Source of the DNA: Elusimicrobia bacterium UBA6262
Lineage (GTDB): Bacteria > CAYTYR01 > UBA6262
Length of the DNA: 64,000 bases
Assembly (NCBI GenBank): GCA_002441095.1
Contig: DJVG01000043.1
Coordinates: 2,254-66,253 of the forward strand
Reading direction: 5' to 3'
Under the pieces are notes generated by a model that saw only the letters and a list, made by a program, of their open reading frames with translations, was not told where the DNA came from and searched no databases. Below, in pieces: positions 9,201-17,759 of this stretch. A program made the translations under genes and the position numbers. Numbering within the stretch: position 1 is the stretch's first letter; each line of letters starts with the position of its first letter.

Positions 9201-10101
9201 CCAGCACCTCTTGCCGTAAAAGATTGTACATTTTCTCAGCCGCCCGGTTCCAATCGGCGACGATCATTTCTTGGCCTTCATCTTTTACTTCATAGAGGGC
9301 GAACCCGTCAGTCATGGCATCAAAAACAGACCGGTATTGCTCCTCATAATCAACCAACTCCTGATTAGCTGATTTCAGGGACAGCCAGACGCCCAGGGTA
9401 CTGGCCACAGCTTCCAATATATTTTGTTCATCCGGCTGCTTAAATGGTTTGTTTTCAGTATAATACATGGTCAGTTCGCCGGCTTCATGCCCGTTGATAT
9501 ATAATGGTGCAGTCAAGCCATATTCAAGATCATCGCTATATTTATCCGTGCTGAAAGTTTCATCCTCAATAGCAATGAGCGGGACAGCCAGCTGGGGATA
9601 GGTCATGGCTGCGACCAGCGCTTCCAGGACAAAATGGATAGTATACTCTATGGAGTCGTTATCCTGCAGTTTCCTGGTGATCAGGGATAAGCTGTTCAAT
9701 TGGCGCAAATGAGCTTGCTGGAGTTGTTCCTGTTCTTTTTGGCTGGTCAGATCACGGCAGAGGATTAATATTTTAGTCTGGGTTTTATTGGCATCAGCCA
9801 ATAACATCGGGGTCAGGGCTACCGGGAAAATACTGCCATTCTTACGTACATATTCCTGCTCGATATTGGGGGCGTTATGCTGTACCAGGGCAGCTTCCTG
9901 GATAGCCTGGCTTTCTTGCTGGTGCCATTTAGCCGGCGTCAGGTCACGATGGGTCTTCTGGATTATTTCGTCCAGGGTATATCCCAGCATGGACAGAGCC
10001 GCTGGATTAGCCTGTATGATCCGGCCACGCAGGTCAAGCTCCAGCAGTCCATCATGTATGGTTTCGGAGATAAGTTTATAGATCTCTTTTTCGTCAACCA
10101 T
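6199..10101 (-). CDS. large cytoplasmic multi-PAS/PAC sensor protein (>=8 PAS-like repeats) with no recognisable output domain
   Basis: 1300 aa; repeated PAS/PAC blocks each ending ...DITERKKAE/ DVTEEEKAR/ DITERRQAE; no H-box, GGDEF, EAL or HTH visible; C-terminus coiled-coil TMEREKRIIELKKKLKDLEQ. Confidence 0.7.
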   Translation of the reverse strand: MVDEKEIYKLISETIHDGLLELDLRGRIIQANPAALSMLGYTLDEIIQKTHRDLTPAKWHQQESQAIQEAALVQHNAPNIEQEYVRKNGSIFPVALTPMLLADANKTQTKILILCRDLTSQKEQEQLQQAHLRQLNSLSLITRKLQDNDSIEYTIHFVLEALVAAMTYPQLAVPLIAIEDETFSTDKYSDDLEYGLTAPLYINGHEAGELTMYYTENKPFKQPDEQNILEAVASTLGVWLSLKSANQELVDYEEQYRSVFDAMTDGFALYEVKDEGQEMIVADWNRAAEKMYNLLRQEVLGQDIKKFFPAMEKTEVYKAIVECSQSGESKIIPLVHYQDAQHDQYMHNVIYPVGDKVAAIFRDVTEEEKARQRLVQSEQKSRSLIEGSSEAIYLLTLDPVNPQFIDINQSACQMLHYTRTELLTLGPTKIDSPQNAALVPERMAKILKEGKALFESEHMTKEGQLIPVEINSSIVELAGEKFILSFARDITERKKIENVLHESEAKFRNLSDLAPVGIFFLNMQGEVVYVNKKLISFSGMTFDECLGQGWRKLIHPEEQEEALNIITGPLPQGKEESLKFRILNKQNETRWVHTQIKMIVSAQNQPTGFIGIVEDVTDIEKAKTAMTNQLAFIQQLLEAIPNPVFYKDAQGIYQGCNQAFERFLGRAKEKIIGKSVYELAPKDLADVYHQKDEELLSHPGTQAYESSIQQADGTRRLVIFNKATYNNPDGTIAGLIGVVTDITECQKQEQKYKAIIETSIDGFWLTDMQGNIIEVNDSYCKMIGYSRVELQKMKIADLEVNEKPAEIQARIHKIMENGSDRFETKHKCKDGTIIDIVISVTILRDSDQMFVFSHDISERKKAEVALQQNEDQLSNALNIAHLGPWEYDVVKDIFTFTDSFYTVFHTTAEQVGGYTMSAADYVKRFVHPEDAAVVGEETRKAIETTDSNFSRQLEHRKIDANGEIGYISVRFFIVKDQQGKTIKTYGVNQDITERKKYEETLLQQQQELSTILDSTPAMIFYKDKNNNFIRVNKAMAKSMGLTKEQLEGKSVFDIYPKEEAEKYWQDDKAVMDSGQPRLNIVESMQTQEGLKWVQTDKIPYRNEKGEIIGIVGFAVDITERRQAEAALRVSEAQLLNAAYMARLGPWEYDVVNDVFTFTDSFYAIFHTTAEQAGGYTMSSADYVKRFVHPEDAEVVSLETRRAIEATDSNFSHQLEHRIIDSHGEVGYISVRYFIIKDQQGRTVNTYGVNQDITERKRAEEELKKRINELDRFNKVTMEREKRIIELKKKLKDLEQNAHGQ
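6330..6710. repeat. intragenic PAS-domain repeat copy A' (~85% nt identity to 7120-7490)
   Basis: protein LGPWEYDVVNDVFTFTDSFYAIFHTTAEQAGGYTMSSADYVKRFVHPEDAEVV... vs ...LGPWEYDVVKDIFTFTDSFYTVFHTTAEQVGGYTMSAADYVKRFVHPEDAAVV...; DNA aligned by eye. Confidence 0.85.
7120..7490. repeat. intragenic PAS-domain repeat copy A (partner of 6330-6710)
   Basis: see 6330-6710; ~790-bp spacing, a different PAS domain between the copies. Confidence 0.85.
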
Positions 10102-10219
10102 TAAGCACCCTACGCTAAAAGTAATTCCAAATTACAAATTTCAAATGACAAATTAAGGAATTCTGTGTGATCTCTGTTCTAATCTGTGTAATCTCTTTTT
10201 CTAATCGGTGTAATCATGT
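10102..10219. repeat. intergenic array of CTGTGTAATC / GGTGTAATC motifs (GATTACACAG family) ending in TAATCGGTGTAATCAT
   Basis: tctgtgtgatctctgttctaatctgtgtaatctctttttctaatcggtgtaatcat; identical 16-mer taatcggtgtaatcat recurs at ~20008. Confidence 0.6.
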
Positions 10220-12412
10220 TCACATCACAAAAAGCATCTCGCGATATTTCGGCAGGTCCCAATGCTCATCCGCGATCACGCCTTCCAGGTCATCGCTGTG
10301 TTTACGGATATGTTCCATCAGCGGTTTCAATTCATTAAAATATACAGCAGCTTTCTCTTTGCCTTCCAGGCTCCTGGCTTTTTCCAGTAATTTCACCAAA
10401 ATCTGGGTATTTTTCCGTAAATAATAGATCTTATTGGTGACATCAGCCAGGTGCCCTTTCAGATCCTCAAAAGCTTTCTCATCAATATTCAAGCCAATGG
10501 TATTTTTAAGGCTACTGATCTTTTCCAGGTTATTAGCCAATTGTCCCTGGTATTCCAGTCCCGCCGGGACAACTATCGAGTCAACCATTTCCCGCAGGGT
10601 GCTGGCTTCAATAGTGAGCACAATGTTATACATTTCAACCCAGATATTATATCGCGCCATTAATTCATCATGGCTTAATACGCCTTGTTTCTCGAAAATG
10701 GCAATATTTCCTTTTTCCGTGAAAGCAGCCAGGGCCTCAGCGGTAGAAGCGACATTGGCCAAACCGCGTTCTTTGGCCTCATAGAGCCATTCTGAAGAAT
10801 AATTATTACCTTCAAACCTGATATTTTTCGTTTCTTTAGCCAGCTGGGCAATTACTGCCACCACGGCAGATTCAAGATCCTTATTTCTCAGTTCTTTAGT
10901 TATCTCCTCAGCCACATAATTCAGCGAATCGGCAATGATCGTATTGATCACTGTCAATGGCCAGCTGATATTCTGCGATGAACCTACCGCCCGGAACTCA
11001 AACTTACTGCCGGTAAAGGCAAAGGGCGAAGTCCGGTTACGGTCAGTAGCGTCCTTATTCACTTTAGGCAGGCGTCCCACACCAAGGTCGATAATATCTT
11101 TTTTAGTGACTTTATGCGCAGTCCCGGCAACAATCGTGTCCAGCACCTTGGTCAGTTGTTCTCCCAGGAACACCGAAACAATCGCCGGCGGGGCCTCATT
11201 AGCTCCCAAGCGGTGTTCATTGCCGGCTGAGGCAATACTGGCCCGCAAAAGATCCGCATGCTTATGAACCGCCCGTAAAACTGCTACCAGCACAGCCAGG
11301 AATTGCAGGTTATCTTCCGGCGTCTGTCCGGGATTAAGCAGGTTATTTCCCTGGTCATCAGCCATGGACCAGTTCACATGCTTGCCACTGCCATTAATTC
11401 CGGCAAAAGGTTTCTCATGCAGCAGGCAAACCAGGTTATGGCGCAAAGCTACTTTTTTCATGATTTCCATCAGTAGCTGGTTATGATCAGCAGCAATATT
11501 GGATTCTTCAAAAATAGGAGCAAATTCAAACTGGTGCGGCGCTACTTCATTATGGCGGGTAGTGACGGGAATACCCATCTTAAAGGCTTCTACGGAAACT
11601 TCTTCCATATAATTCAGGACCCGCTCTTTGATCGAGCCAAAATACTGGTCCTCCAGCTGCTGCCCTTTCGGCGAAGAGGCCCCGATCAGCGTGCGTCCGG
11701 TCAGCATCAGGTCCTGCCGCAATTTGTAATAGTTATTATCGATCAGGAAATATTCCTGCTCCGGGCCGCAGGTAGAAACTACCTTGCTAATGTCCCGGCG
11801 GCTGAATAATTTAAGCAGTTTTTTCGCCGCTTTACTGAGCGCTTCATCAGAACGAAGCAAGGGCAGCTTTTTATCTAAAGCATACCCATGGTAGGAGACG
11901 AAAATGCTGGGAATACACAGTGTTTTCCCTAACCGGGTCTCGCTGATAAAAGCCGGGCTGGAAGGATCCCAGGCAGTATAGCCGCGCGCCTCGAATGTGC
12001 TCCTGATACCGCCGCTGGGGAAAGAACTGGCATCTGGCTCACCCAGGATCAGTTTGGATCCGGAGAACTTTTCCACGACCTTGCCGGCACTATGCAGGGA
12101 TATAAAGCTGTCATGTTTTTCGGCGGTCAGTCCGGTCATAGGCTGGAACCAGTGGGCATAATATATTGCTCCTTTTTCCACGGCCCAGTCTTTCATAGCC
12201 CCGGCAATTTCATCAGCCTCTTTCATACTGATGGTACTGCCCCCGGCTAACCAGCGCTTGAAAGAAATAAAGGTTTTTTTACCGATCCGTTTCTGCATTT
12301 CGCTGATACTGAAAGTATTAGAACCAAAGTACCCGGAAACTTTTTTTGGTTTTTCAATTTTTGTTAAAGGAACACTCTCGATCTTGTCCACCACTTTTTG
12401 CCTAACGCACAT
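10220..12412 (-). CDS. glnN: glutamine synthetase type III (GlnN)
   Basis: 730 aa (GSIII size); N-terminal SGYFGSNTF...YAHWFQPMTGLTAEKHDSF and central NGSGKHVNWS, C-terminal regions characteristic of Bacteroides-type GSIII. Confidence 0.85.
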   Translation of the reverse strand: MCVRQKVVDKIESVPLTKIEKPKKVSGYFGSNTFSISEMQKRIGKKTFISFKRWLAGGSTISMKEADEIAGAMKDWAVEKGAIYYAHWFQPMTGLTAEKHDSFISLHSAGKVVEKFSGSKLILGEPDASSFPSGGIRSTFEARGYTAWDPSSPAFISETRLGKTLCIPSIFVSYHGYALDKKLPLLRSDEALSKAAKKLLKLFSRRDISKVVSTCGPEQEYFLIDNNYYKLRQDLMLTGRTLIGASSPKGQQLEDQYFGSIKERVLNYMEEVSVEAFKMGIPVTTRHNEVAPHQFEFAPIFEESNIAADHNQLLMEIMKKVALRHNLVCLLHEKPFAGINGSGKHVNWSMADDQGNNLLNPGQTPEDNLQFLAVLVAVLRAVHKHADLLRASIASAGNEHRLGANEAPPAIVSVFLGEQLTKVLDTIVAGTAHKVTKKDIIDLGVGRLPKVNKDATDRNRTSPFAFTGSKFEFRAVGSSQNISWPLTVINTIIADSLNYVAEEITKELRNKDLESAVVAVIAQLAKETKNIRFEGNNYSSEWLYEAKERGLANVASTAEALAAFTEKGNIAIFEKQGVLSHDELMARYNIWVEMYNIVLTIEASTLREMVDSIVVPAGLEYQGQLANNLEKISSLKNTIGLNIDEKAFEDLKGHLADVTNKIYYLRKNTQILVKLLEKARSLEGKEKAAVYFNELKPLMEHIRKHSDDLEGVIADEHWDLPKYREMLFVM

Positions 12413-12590
12413 GGTTTTACCCCCATTGGTCAGAGTATCAGGATATCAGGATATCAGGCTATCAGGTTTTCCTGATAATCTGATTACCTGATACCCTGTT
12501 GTCCTGATCCATAATCTCCTGATATTCTCACCCTGATTACCTGATATTCTGATATCCTTATTTATTTTTCTATTATACTTTATTGCCTGG
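12413..12590. repeat. ATCAGG x4 / CCTGAT x8 opposed-repeat element (long imperfect palindrome) in glnN upstream region
   Basis: gtatcaggatatcaggatatcaggctatcagg...cctgataatctgattacctgataccctgttgtcctgatccataatctcctgatattctcaccctgattacctgatattctgatatcc. Confidence 0.7.
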
Positions 12591-15149
12591 TTAAATGCAA
12601 GCGTTTCCCTTTTTCTTATAGTTAACCATCTTCAGGATTTCAAACCAGAGAATACTAAAGATCCCAGCCGCCGTACAGATCACAAAATCAATGAAGTGAA
12701 GCTGCGAAAAGTGAAACAACCTTTTCAAGAACGGTACATTCAGGCTCAAGCCCAGGAATAACAAGGCTCCTGTTAAAACCAGCCAGGAAGCCGTATTAGG
12801 AGCGCGCAACGTGGTTATGATCGACTTTGACCAGGAACGGTTCGTGAAGATCAGGGCTATATTGGCTACGATCAACGTGGTAAAGGTCATGGCCCTGGCT
12901 TCCATATCACCCAATCCCCGGAATAAAGCTATGGCATAAACCGCTAAGACCACGACTAAAACAGTTATACCTTGCAGCAGGCTGATACCAATAGTACGCC
13001 GGTTGAACAGTGACTGTTTAGGATCCCGCGGCGGGCGGTTCATGATCTGTGGTTCCTCTTTTTCCGCTTCAAAGACTATCGAACACGCCGGGTCTATAAT
13101 TAGCTCCAGGAAAACAATATGTACCGGTAGTAAGACCAGGGGCCATTTAAGTAAAACCGGTATCAGGGACAGGCCGGCGATCGGCACATGAATAGCAAAA
13201 ATATAAGCCATGGCTTTTTTAATATTATCAAAGATCCTTCTGCCCAGCCTGACCGCTGAGACAATAGAAGAAAAATCATCATCCAGTAATACCAGTCCCG
13301 CAGCCTCCCTGGCGACATCGGTCCCGCGTCCGCCCATGGCAATACCAATATGGGCCGCTTTCAGCGCCGTAGCGTCATTAACCCCGTCACCGGTCATGGC
13401 GACGATCTCGCCATTGGCTTTCAACGCATTGACCAGTAATAATTTTTGTTCTGGCATGACCCGGGCAAAGATACTGGTTTTCTTGATCCGTTCACATAGT
13501 TCCGCAACACTTAATTTTTCCAGTTCCGGTCCGGTGATATAATCATCAGCTTTATGCAAACCGATCTGGCGGGCAATATTCATAGCTGTACCAGGATAAT
13601 CACCAGTGATCATTACGACGCGGATACCGGCAGTATAACATTCCTTGATGGATTCAGCCACAGTCGGGCGCACCGGATCCGTCAGTCCAACCAGCCCGAC
13701 AAATTCAAAAAAGAAATCATGTTGTTGTCCTGGTAATGACTCTTCCTGGAAATGGGCTTTGGCCACGCCAATGATCCTCAATCCCTCGTCAGCCATGGTA
13801 TTTATCTGCCCACTTAATTCAGCCGCCGCTGTCTGATCCATATGGCACAGGTCAATGACCGCTTCTGGCGAACCTTTGGCCGCAATAATATAGTCTTTCC
13901 CGTCAGGAGATTTCCAGACATGGGACATCGCCAGCAATTCCTGTGACAAGGGATATTCCTGGACCAGGGTCCAATTATAATGCAAATGTTCTGTATTGGA
14001 AAGAGTTTTGGTCCCTAGATCCCTGATGGCTTTTTCCATCGGGTCAAAAGGATCATGCTGGCTGGCCAGGATGGCAAACTCTACGATCTCATGGAATTTT
14101 TCCGGTAGCCTTCCCTTATACTCCGGATCAACGGCAAAGTACTTGCTTTGGGCACACACTTTTCCGACCGTCATCCGGTTCATGGTCAGGGTCCCGGTTT
14201 TGTCCACACAGAGCACCGTGGCTGCTCCCAAAGTTTCAATGACCGGTACCCTCCGGGTTAAAACATTTTTTTGGGAAATACGCCAGGCTCCTAACGCCAG
14301 GAAAATGGTCAGGACCACCGGGAATTCTTCCGGCAGCATGGCCATCGCCAGGGTAATGCCGGCCAGAAACCCGTGCAGGAAACTGCCGGTAGTCAAACCA
14401 TAGGCGACAATAACGATCGAACATAGTACTATACCGCTAATAGCTAAATTTTTAACTACCCTGCCGGTTTCTTTCTGCAAGGCTGTTTCTTCTTCTTCTA
14501 TGGTTTGCAGGGATTTACCGATCTTGCCGATCTCTGTATTCAGGCCTGTACCCTTTACCCGGGCGATCCCTTGACCGCGCACGACCAGTGTTGCTGAATA
14601 AACAAACGGCGTATCTTCGCCACCGGGACGGGACATTTCCTCATCAGATTTTTCGGCAGTTTTCCTAACCGGCACTGACTCACCGGTTAACAAGGATTCA
14701 TCCACAGAAAGAGCGCTGGACCAAAGCACCATGGCATCAGCCGGTATACGGTCACCTTCAGCCAGGATCAGGATATCTTCACACACCACTTCCCGGCCGG
14801 CAATACGTAATTGTTTACCATCCCTGATCACCAGTGCCCTGGGGCTGGTGATATCACGCAAAGCCTCCAAAGCCCGCTCAGTTTTGCGTTCCTGGTACAG
14901 GGTAATACCCATCACCACAAAAACAAAACCCAGCAGCATTAATGCTTCCTGTTTATCACCCAATAACCAGTAAATTACCCCGCAGGCCACCAGCAGCAGG
15001 AACATCGGTTCGCTCAATATTTCAAAAGCGATCTTCCAGACACTGCGCCGACGACTGGACGGGAGTTCATTATATCCTTCTGCCCCCAATCTGGCCTGCG
15101 CTTCTTTTTGGGACAGTCCGGTAATATTTTTTATTTCACTGTAATCCAT
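12591..15149 (-). CDS. cation-transporting P-type ATPase (P2-type, Ca2+/Mg2+-like)
   Basis: 852 aa; DKTGTLT phosphorylation motif, TGES actuator-like motif, MTGDGVNDA hinge, 8-10 TM helices. Confidence 0.85.
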   Translation of the reverse strand: MDYSEIKNITGLSQKEAQARLGAEGYNELPSSRRRSVWKIAFEILSEPMFLLLVACGVIYWLLGDKQEALMLLGFVFVVMGITLYQERKTERALEALRDITSPRALVIRDGKQLRIAGREVVCEDILILAEGDRIPADAMVLWSSALSVDESLLTGESVPVRKTAEKSDEEMSRPGGEDTPFVYSATLVVRGQGIARVKGTGLNTEIGKIGKSLQTIEEEETALQKETGRVVKNLAISGIVLCSIVIVAYGLTTGSFLHGFLAGITLAMAMLPEEFPVVLTIFLALGAWRISQKNVLTRRVPVIETLGAATVLCVDKTGTLTMNRMTVGKVCAQSKYFAVDPEYKGRLPEKFHEIVEFAILASQHDPFDPMEKAIRDLGTKTLSNTEHLHYNWTLVQEYPLSQELLAMSHVWKSPDGKDYIIAAKGSPEAVIDLCHMDQTAAAELSGQINTMADEGLRIIGVAKAHFQEESLPGQQHDFFFEFVGLVGLTDPVRPTVAESIKECYTAGIRVVMITGDYPGTAMNIARQIGLHKADDYITGPELEKLSVAELCERIKKTSIFARVMPEQKLLLVNALKANGEIVAMTGDGVNDATALKAAHIGIAMGGRGTDVAREAAGLVLLDDDFSSIVSAVRLGRRIFDNIKKAMAYIFAIHVPIAGLSLIPVLLKWPLVLLPVHIVFLELIIDPACSIVFEAEKEEPQIMNRPPRDPKQSLFNRRTIGISLLQGITVLVVVLAVYAIALFRGLGDMEARAMTFTTLIVANIALIFTNRSWSKSIITTLRAPNTASWLVLTGALLFLGLSLNVPFLKRLFHFSQLHFIDFVICTAAGIFSILWFEILKMVNYKKKGNACI

Positions 15150-15172
15150 TCCGTCATGGTCCTTTTCCTATG

Positions 15173-16000
15173 CTACTTCCTGATCTGGCGGTAAAGGAAA
15201 GAACTTATAAACAATACCAGGCTCACCAGGACAATGGTAGCCCCGCTGGGCCAGTCCAGGAAAAAGGAAAGCATAATACCTGTCCAGACTGAAACCACCG
15301 CCACTACTACCGCCACCAGCATCGTCATCCTGAATCCTTTGGCAACCTGCAGTGCAGTGACAGTAGGCAGTATTAGCAAAGCCGATACCAGCATTATGCC
15401 CACTACTTTCATGGCTAGTACTACGGTAATAGCAGTCAAAACCACCAGCATTTTATTTACGGCCTTGGTATTTATGCCTTCAGCCTGGGCGCATTCTTCA
15501 TCAAAAGTGACTGCCACCAGGTCATAATAAAAAAAAGCCACCAGAATAATAACTATCGTCGCCAAGCCGATGGACATCCATACCTCAGTCTTAGTGATAG
15601 CCAGGATATTGCCAAACAGGTAACTGAACAAGTCAATATTAAAGCCCTTGGTTATGCTCACCAGCAGGATCCCGATAGCAATACCCAGCGCTGAAACAAT
15701 GCCGATAGCCGCATCTCCGTAAAGGTACTGCGCTTCAGTCAGTTTCATGATCCCTAGAGAACTAAGGACCACCAAAGGCAAAGCTACATACACTGGAGTG
15801 ACATTAAAGAACAAACCTAAGGCTAAAGCGCCAAAAGTCACATGTGACAGGCCATCCCCGATCAGGGACAAGCGGCGCAGCACCAGGAACACACCCAGAA
15901 TAGCGCACAAAGCCGCAATGAATGAACCGGCAATGACTGCCCGCTGCATAAAGCCGTAACTTAGAAATTTAAATAAATCCATTGGGGAACCTTTTTTCAA
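15173..16000 (-). CDS. metal (Zn/Mn) ABC transporter permease, ABC-3 / ZnuB family
   Basis: 275 aa polytopic membrane protein, N-terminal FLSYGFMQRAVIAGSFIAAL... typical of ZnuB/MntB. Confidence 0.75.
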   Translation of the reverse strand: MKKGSPMDLFKFLSYGFMQRAVIAGSFIAALCAILGVFLVLRRLSLIGDGLSHVTFGALALGLFFNVTPVYVALPLVVLSSLGIMKLTEAQYLYGDAAIGIVSALGIAIGILLVSITKGFNIDLFSYLFGNILAITKTEVWMSIGLATIVIILVAFFYYDLVAVTFDEECAQAEGINTKAVNKMLVVLTAITVVLAMKVVGIMLVSALLILPTVTALQVAKGFRMTMLVAVVVAVVSVWTGIMLSFFLDWPSGATIVLVSLVLFISSFLYRQIRK

Positions 16001-16133
16001 AATAAGTTATAAACTACGGGTATCAGGTAATCAGGGGACCAGGGAGTGGATATCAGGAAATCAGGACAGCAGGTCTTACCTGATACTCTGATAACCTGAT
16101 TCCCTCTACCTGATAACCTGTTATCCTGATGTC
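16001..16133. repeat. ATCAGG / CCTGAT opposed-repeat element (same family as 12413-12590)
   Basis: ggtatcaggtaatcaggggaccagggagtggatatcaggaaatcaggacagcagg...cctgatactctgataacctgattccctctacctgataacctgttatcctgatgtcc; lies between znuC-like stop and znuB-like start. Confidence 0.7.
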
Positions 16134-16901
16134 CTAACTTTTCGGCGCATCATGCCGATGGCAGATAAGATGCTGGGCATATTCACCGAAGTACTCGGTA
16201 ATGTCCGGGGAAGCGCAAAAATTATCAAAACCGCCAAAAAAGATGATCTTTTTATCCAGGTACAGCATTTTCGCCGCGTATTTCCCGATCGTGCCAATAT
16301 CATGCGTGATCAATAAAATAGTTACTTTTCTTTTTTCATTGAATTCTTTCAGCACCGCGTAAAATCTTTCCCGGGTTTCCGGGTCAAGCGCAGTAGTCGG
16401 CTCATCAAGGATCAATAATTCCGGTTCACCGGCTAAGGCCCTGGCGGCCATGGCGCGCTGCTGTTGCCCGCCGGAGAGCTCGCTGATAAGCTTATGCTTA
16501 ATGTCCCTGATCTCCAGCAGGGCCAGTGCCTTATCGATCGCGATTTCATCGGTGCGGGATATCTGCTTGGGGAATTTTTTGCCGGCTAAAAGGCCGAATG
16601 ATACTACTTCCCTGACAGTAGCCGGGAACTGCGGATTAAAGGAAGTTAATTTTTGCGGTAAATACCCTATCCTCTGCCACTCCTTGAACTGGCTTTGCCT
16701 CGTACCCAAAATACTTATTTTTCCCTGGGTCGGCAGGAGCAGGCCCAGGATAGTCCGGACTAGGGTGGTTTTGCCAGAGCCATTGGGGCCAACAATACCG
16801 ATATAATCCCCGGCTTGCGCGGTAAAAGAGATCCCGCTCAAAACTTCATTCGCCTGGTATTTTACCGTGACCTGGTCTACGGCTAAAGAAATTACTGACA
16901 T
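16134..16901 (-). CDS. metal ABC transporter ATP-binding protein (ZnuC-like)
   Basis: Walker A GPNGSGKTT, signature LSGGQQQR, Walker B LLILDEPT. Confidence 0.85.
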   Translation of the reverse strand: MSVISLAVDQVTVKYQANEVLSGISFTAQAGDYIGIVGPNGSGKTTLVRTILGLLLPTQGKISILGTRQSQFKEWQRIGYLPQKLTSFNPQFPATVREVVSFGLLAGKKFPKQISRTDEIAIDKALALLEIRDIKHKLISELSGGQQQRAMAARALAGEPELLILDEPTTALDPETRERFYAVLKEFNEKRKVTILLITHDIGTIGKYAAKMLYLDKKIIFFGGFDNFCASPDITEYFGEYAQHLICHRHDAPKS

Positions 16902-17758
16902 GACAATCCTAGTTTTAAATTATTTAAATTAGCTTTCATAATATCAATAAAACTTATCCCCTTATCCAGTTCTTCCCTGGATACATTATGGGCAGCGGAA
17001 AGTTCCAGCAGACGTACTCCGGTCTCTTGCGCGAGGGTTTCGGCTACCCGCGGAGAGACCAGTTCTTCATAAAAAATATATTTCACTTTATTTTGCCTGA
17101 TCGTGTCAACCAGCTCAGCCAGGTTCCTGGGCGTTGGCTCCGCGTCCGGAGAGAATCCTTTATAGGCAGCTATGTATTTTAAATGGTAACGCCTGGCCAG
17201 GTAACCAAAAGCAAAATGCCCGCTCTGGATCAGCACTTTATCCCGGCAGCCGGATAATGCTCCCTGGTATTCGGTATCCAGTTCGGCCAGCTTTTTATTA
17301 TATTGCCTGGCTGCGGCCTGGTATAGATTCCGGTTGGCCGGGTCCCTGGCAGCTAAGACATCGCGAATGCGGTTAACCATGATCATAGCTTTGGTAAAAT
17401 CCAGCCAGGTATGCGGATCATTGTCTGTGAAACCGCTGCTCGCTTCCAGCACTATTAACTTCTTATTATCGATCCCGCGGATAAATTTTTCCGCCCAGGG
17501 TTCCATCTGCCTGCTGGTATAGATAAATACATCCGCCTCTGTTACCCTGACCACATCACCGGCAGACGGTTCGTAACTATGCGCTTCCACTCCGGGAGGC
17601 AGCAGCAGGATCACGGAGATATTATCCTGGCCGACATTGCGCGCAAAATCATAGAGCGGGAATAATGTTGTTATGACGGTTTGTTTTTTTTCAGCGGCGA
17701 TCAGGTTGGAATTCAAGAAGAAAACCAAGAGACACAAAAAAGAAAGTTTTTTGTACAT
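16892..17758 (-). CDS. metal ABC transporter substrate-binding lipoprotein/periplasmic protein (ZnuA/TroA family)
   Basis: 288 aa, signal peptide, TTLFPLYDFARNVG and HxH / E/D metal-ligand-containing TroA-like layout; operon with ZnuC/ZnuB-like genes. Confidence 0.7.
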   Translation of the reverse strand: MYKKLSFLCLLVFFLNSNLIAAEKKQTVITTLFPLYDFARNVGQDNISVILLLPPGVEAHSYEPSAGDVVRVTEADVFIYTSRQMEPWAEKFIRGIDNKKLIVLEASSGFTDNDPHTWLDFTKAMIMVNRIRDVLAARDPANRNLYQAAARQYNKKLAELDTEYQGALSGCRDKVLIQSGHFAFGYLARRYHLKYIAAYKGFSPDAEPTPRNLAELVDTIRQNKVKYIFYEELVSPRVAETLAQETGVRLLELSAAHNVSREELDKGISFIDIMKANLNNLKLGLSCQ

Positions 17759-17759
17759 T

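Noticed and set aside
12413-12590. CRISPR array
   Set aside because: The ATCAGG/CCTGAT units are 6-mers with 2-9-bp gaps. They do not form 25-40-bp direct repeats with unique spacers, and no cas genes are present.
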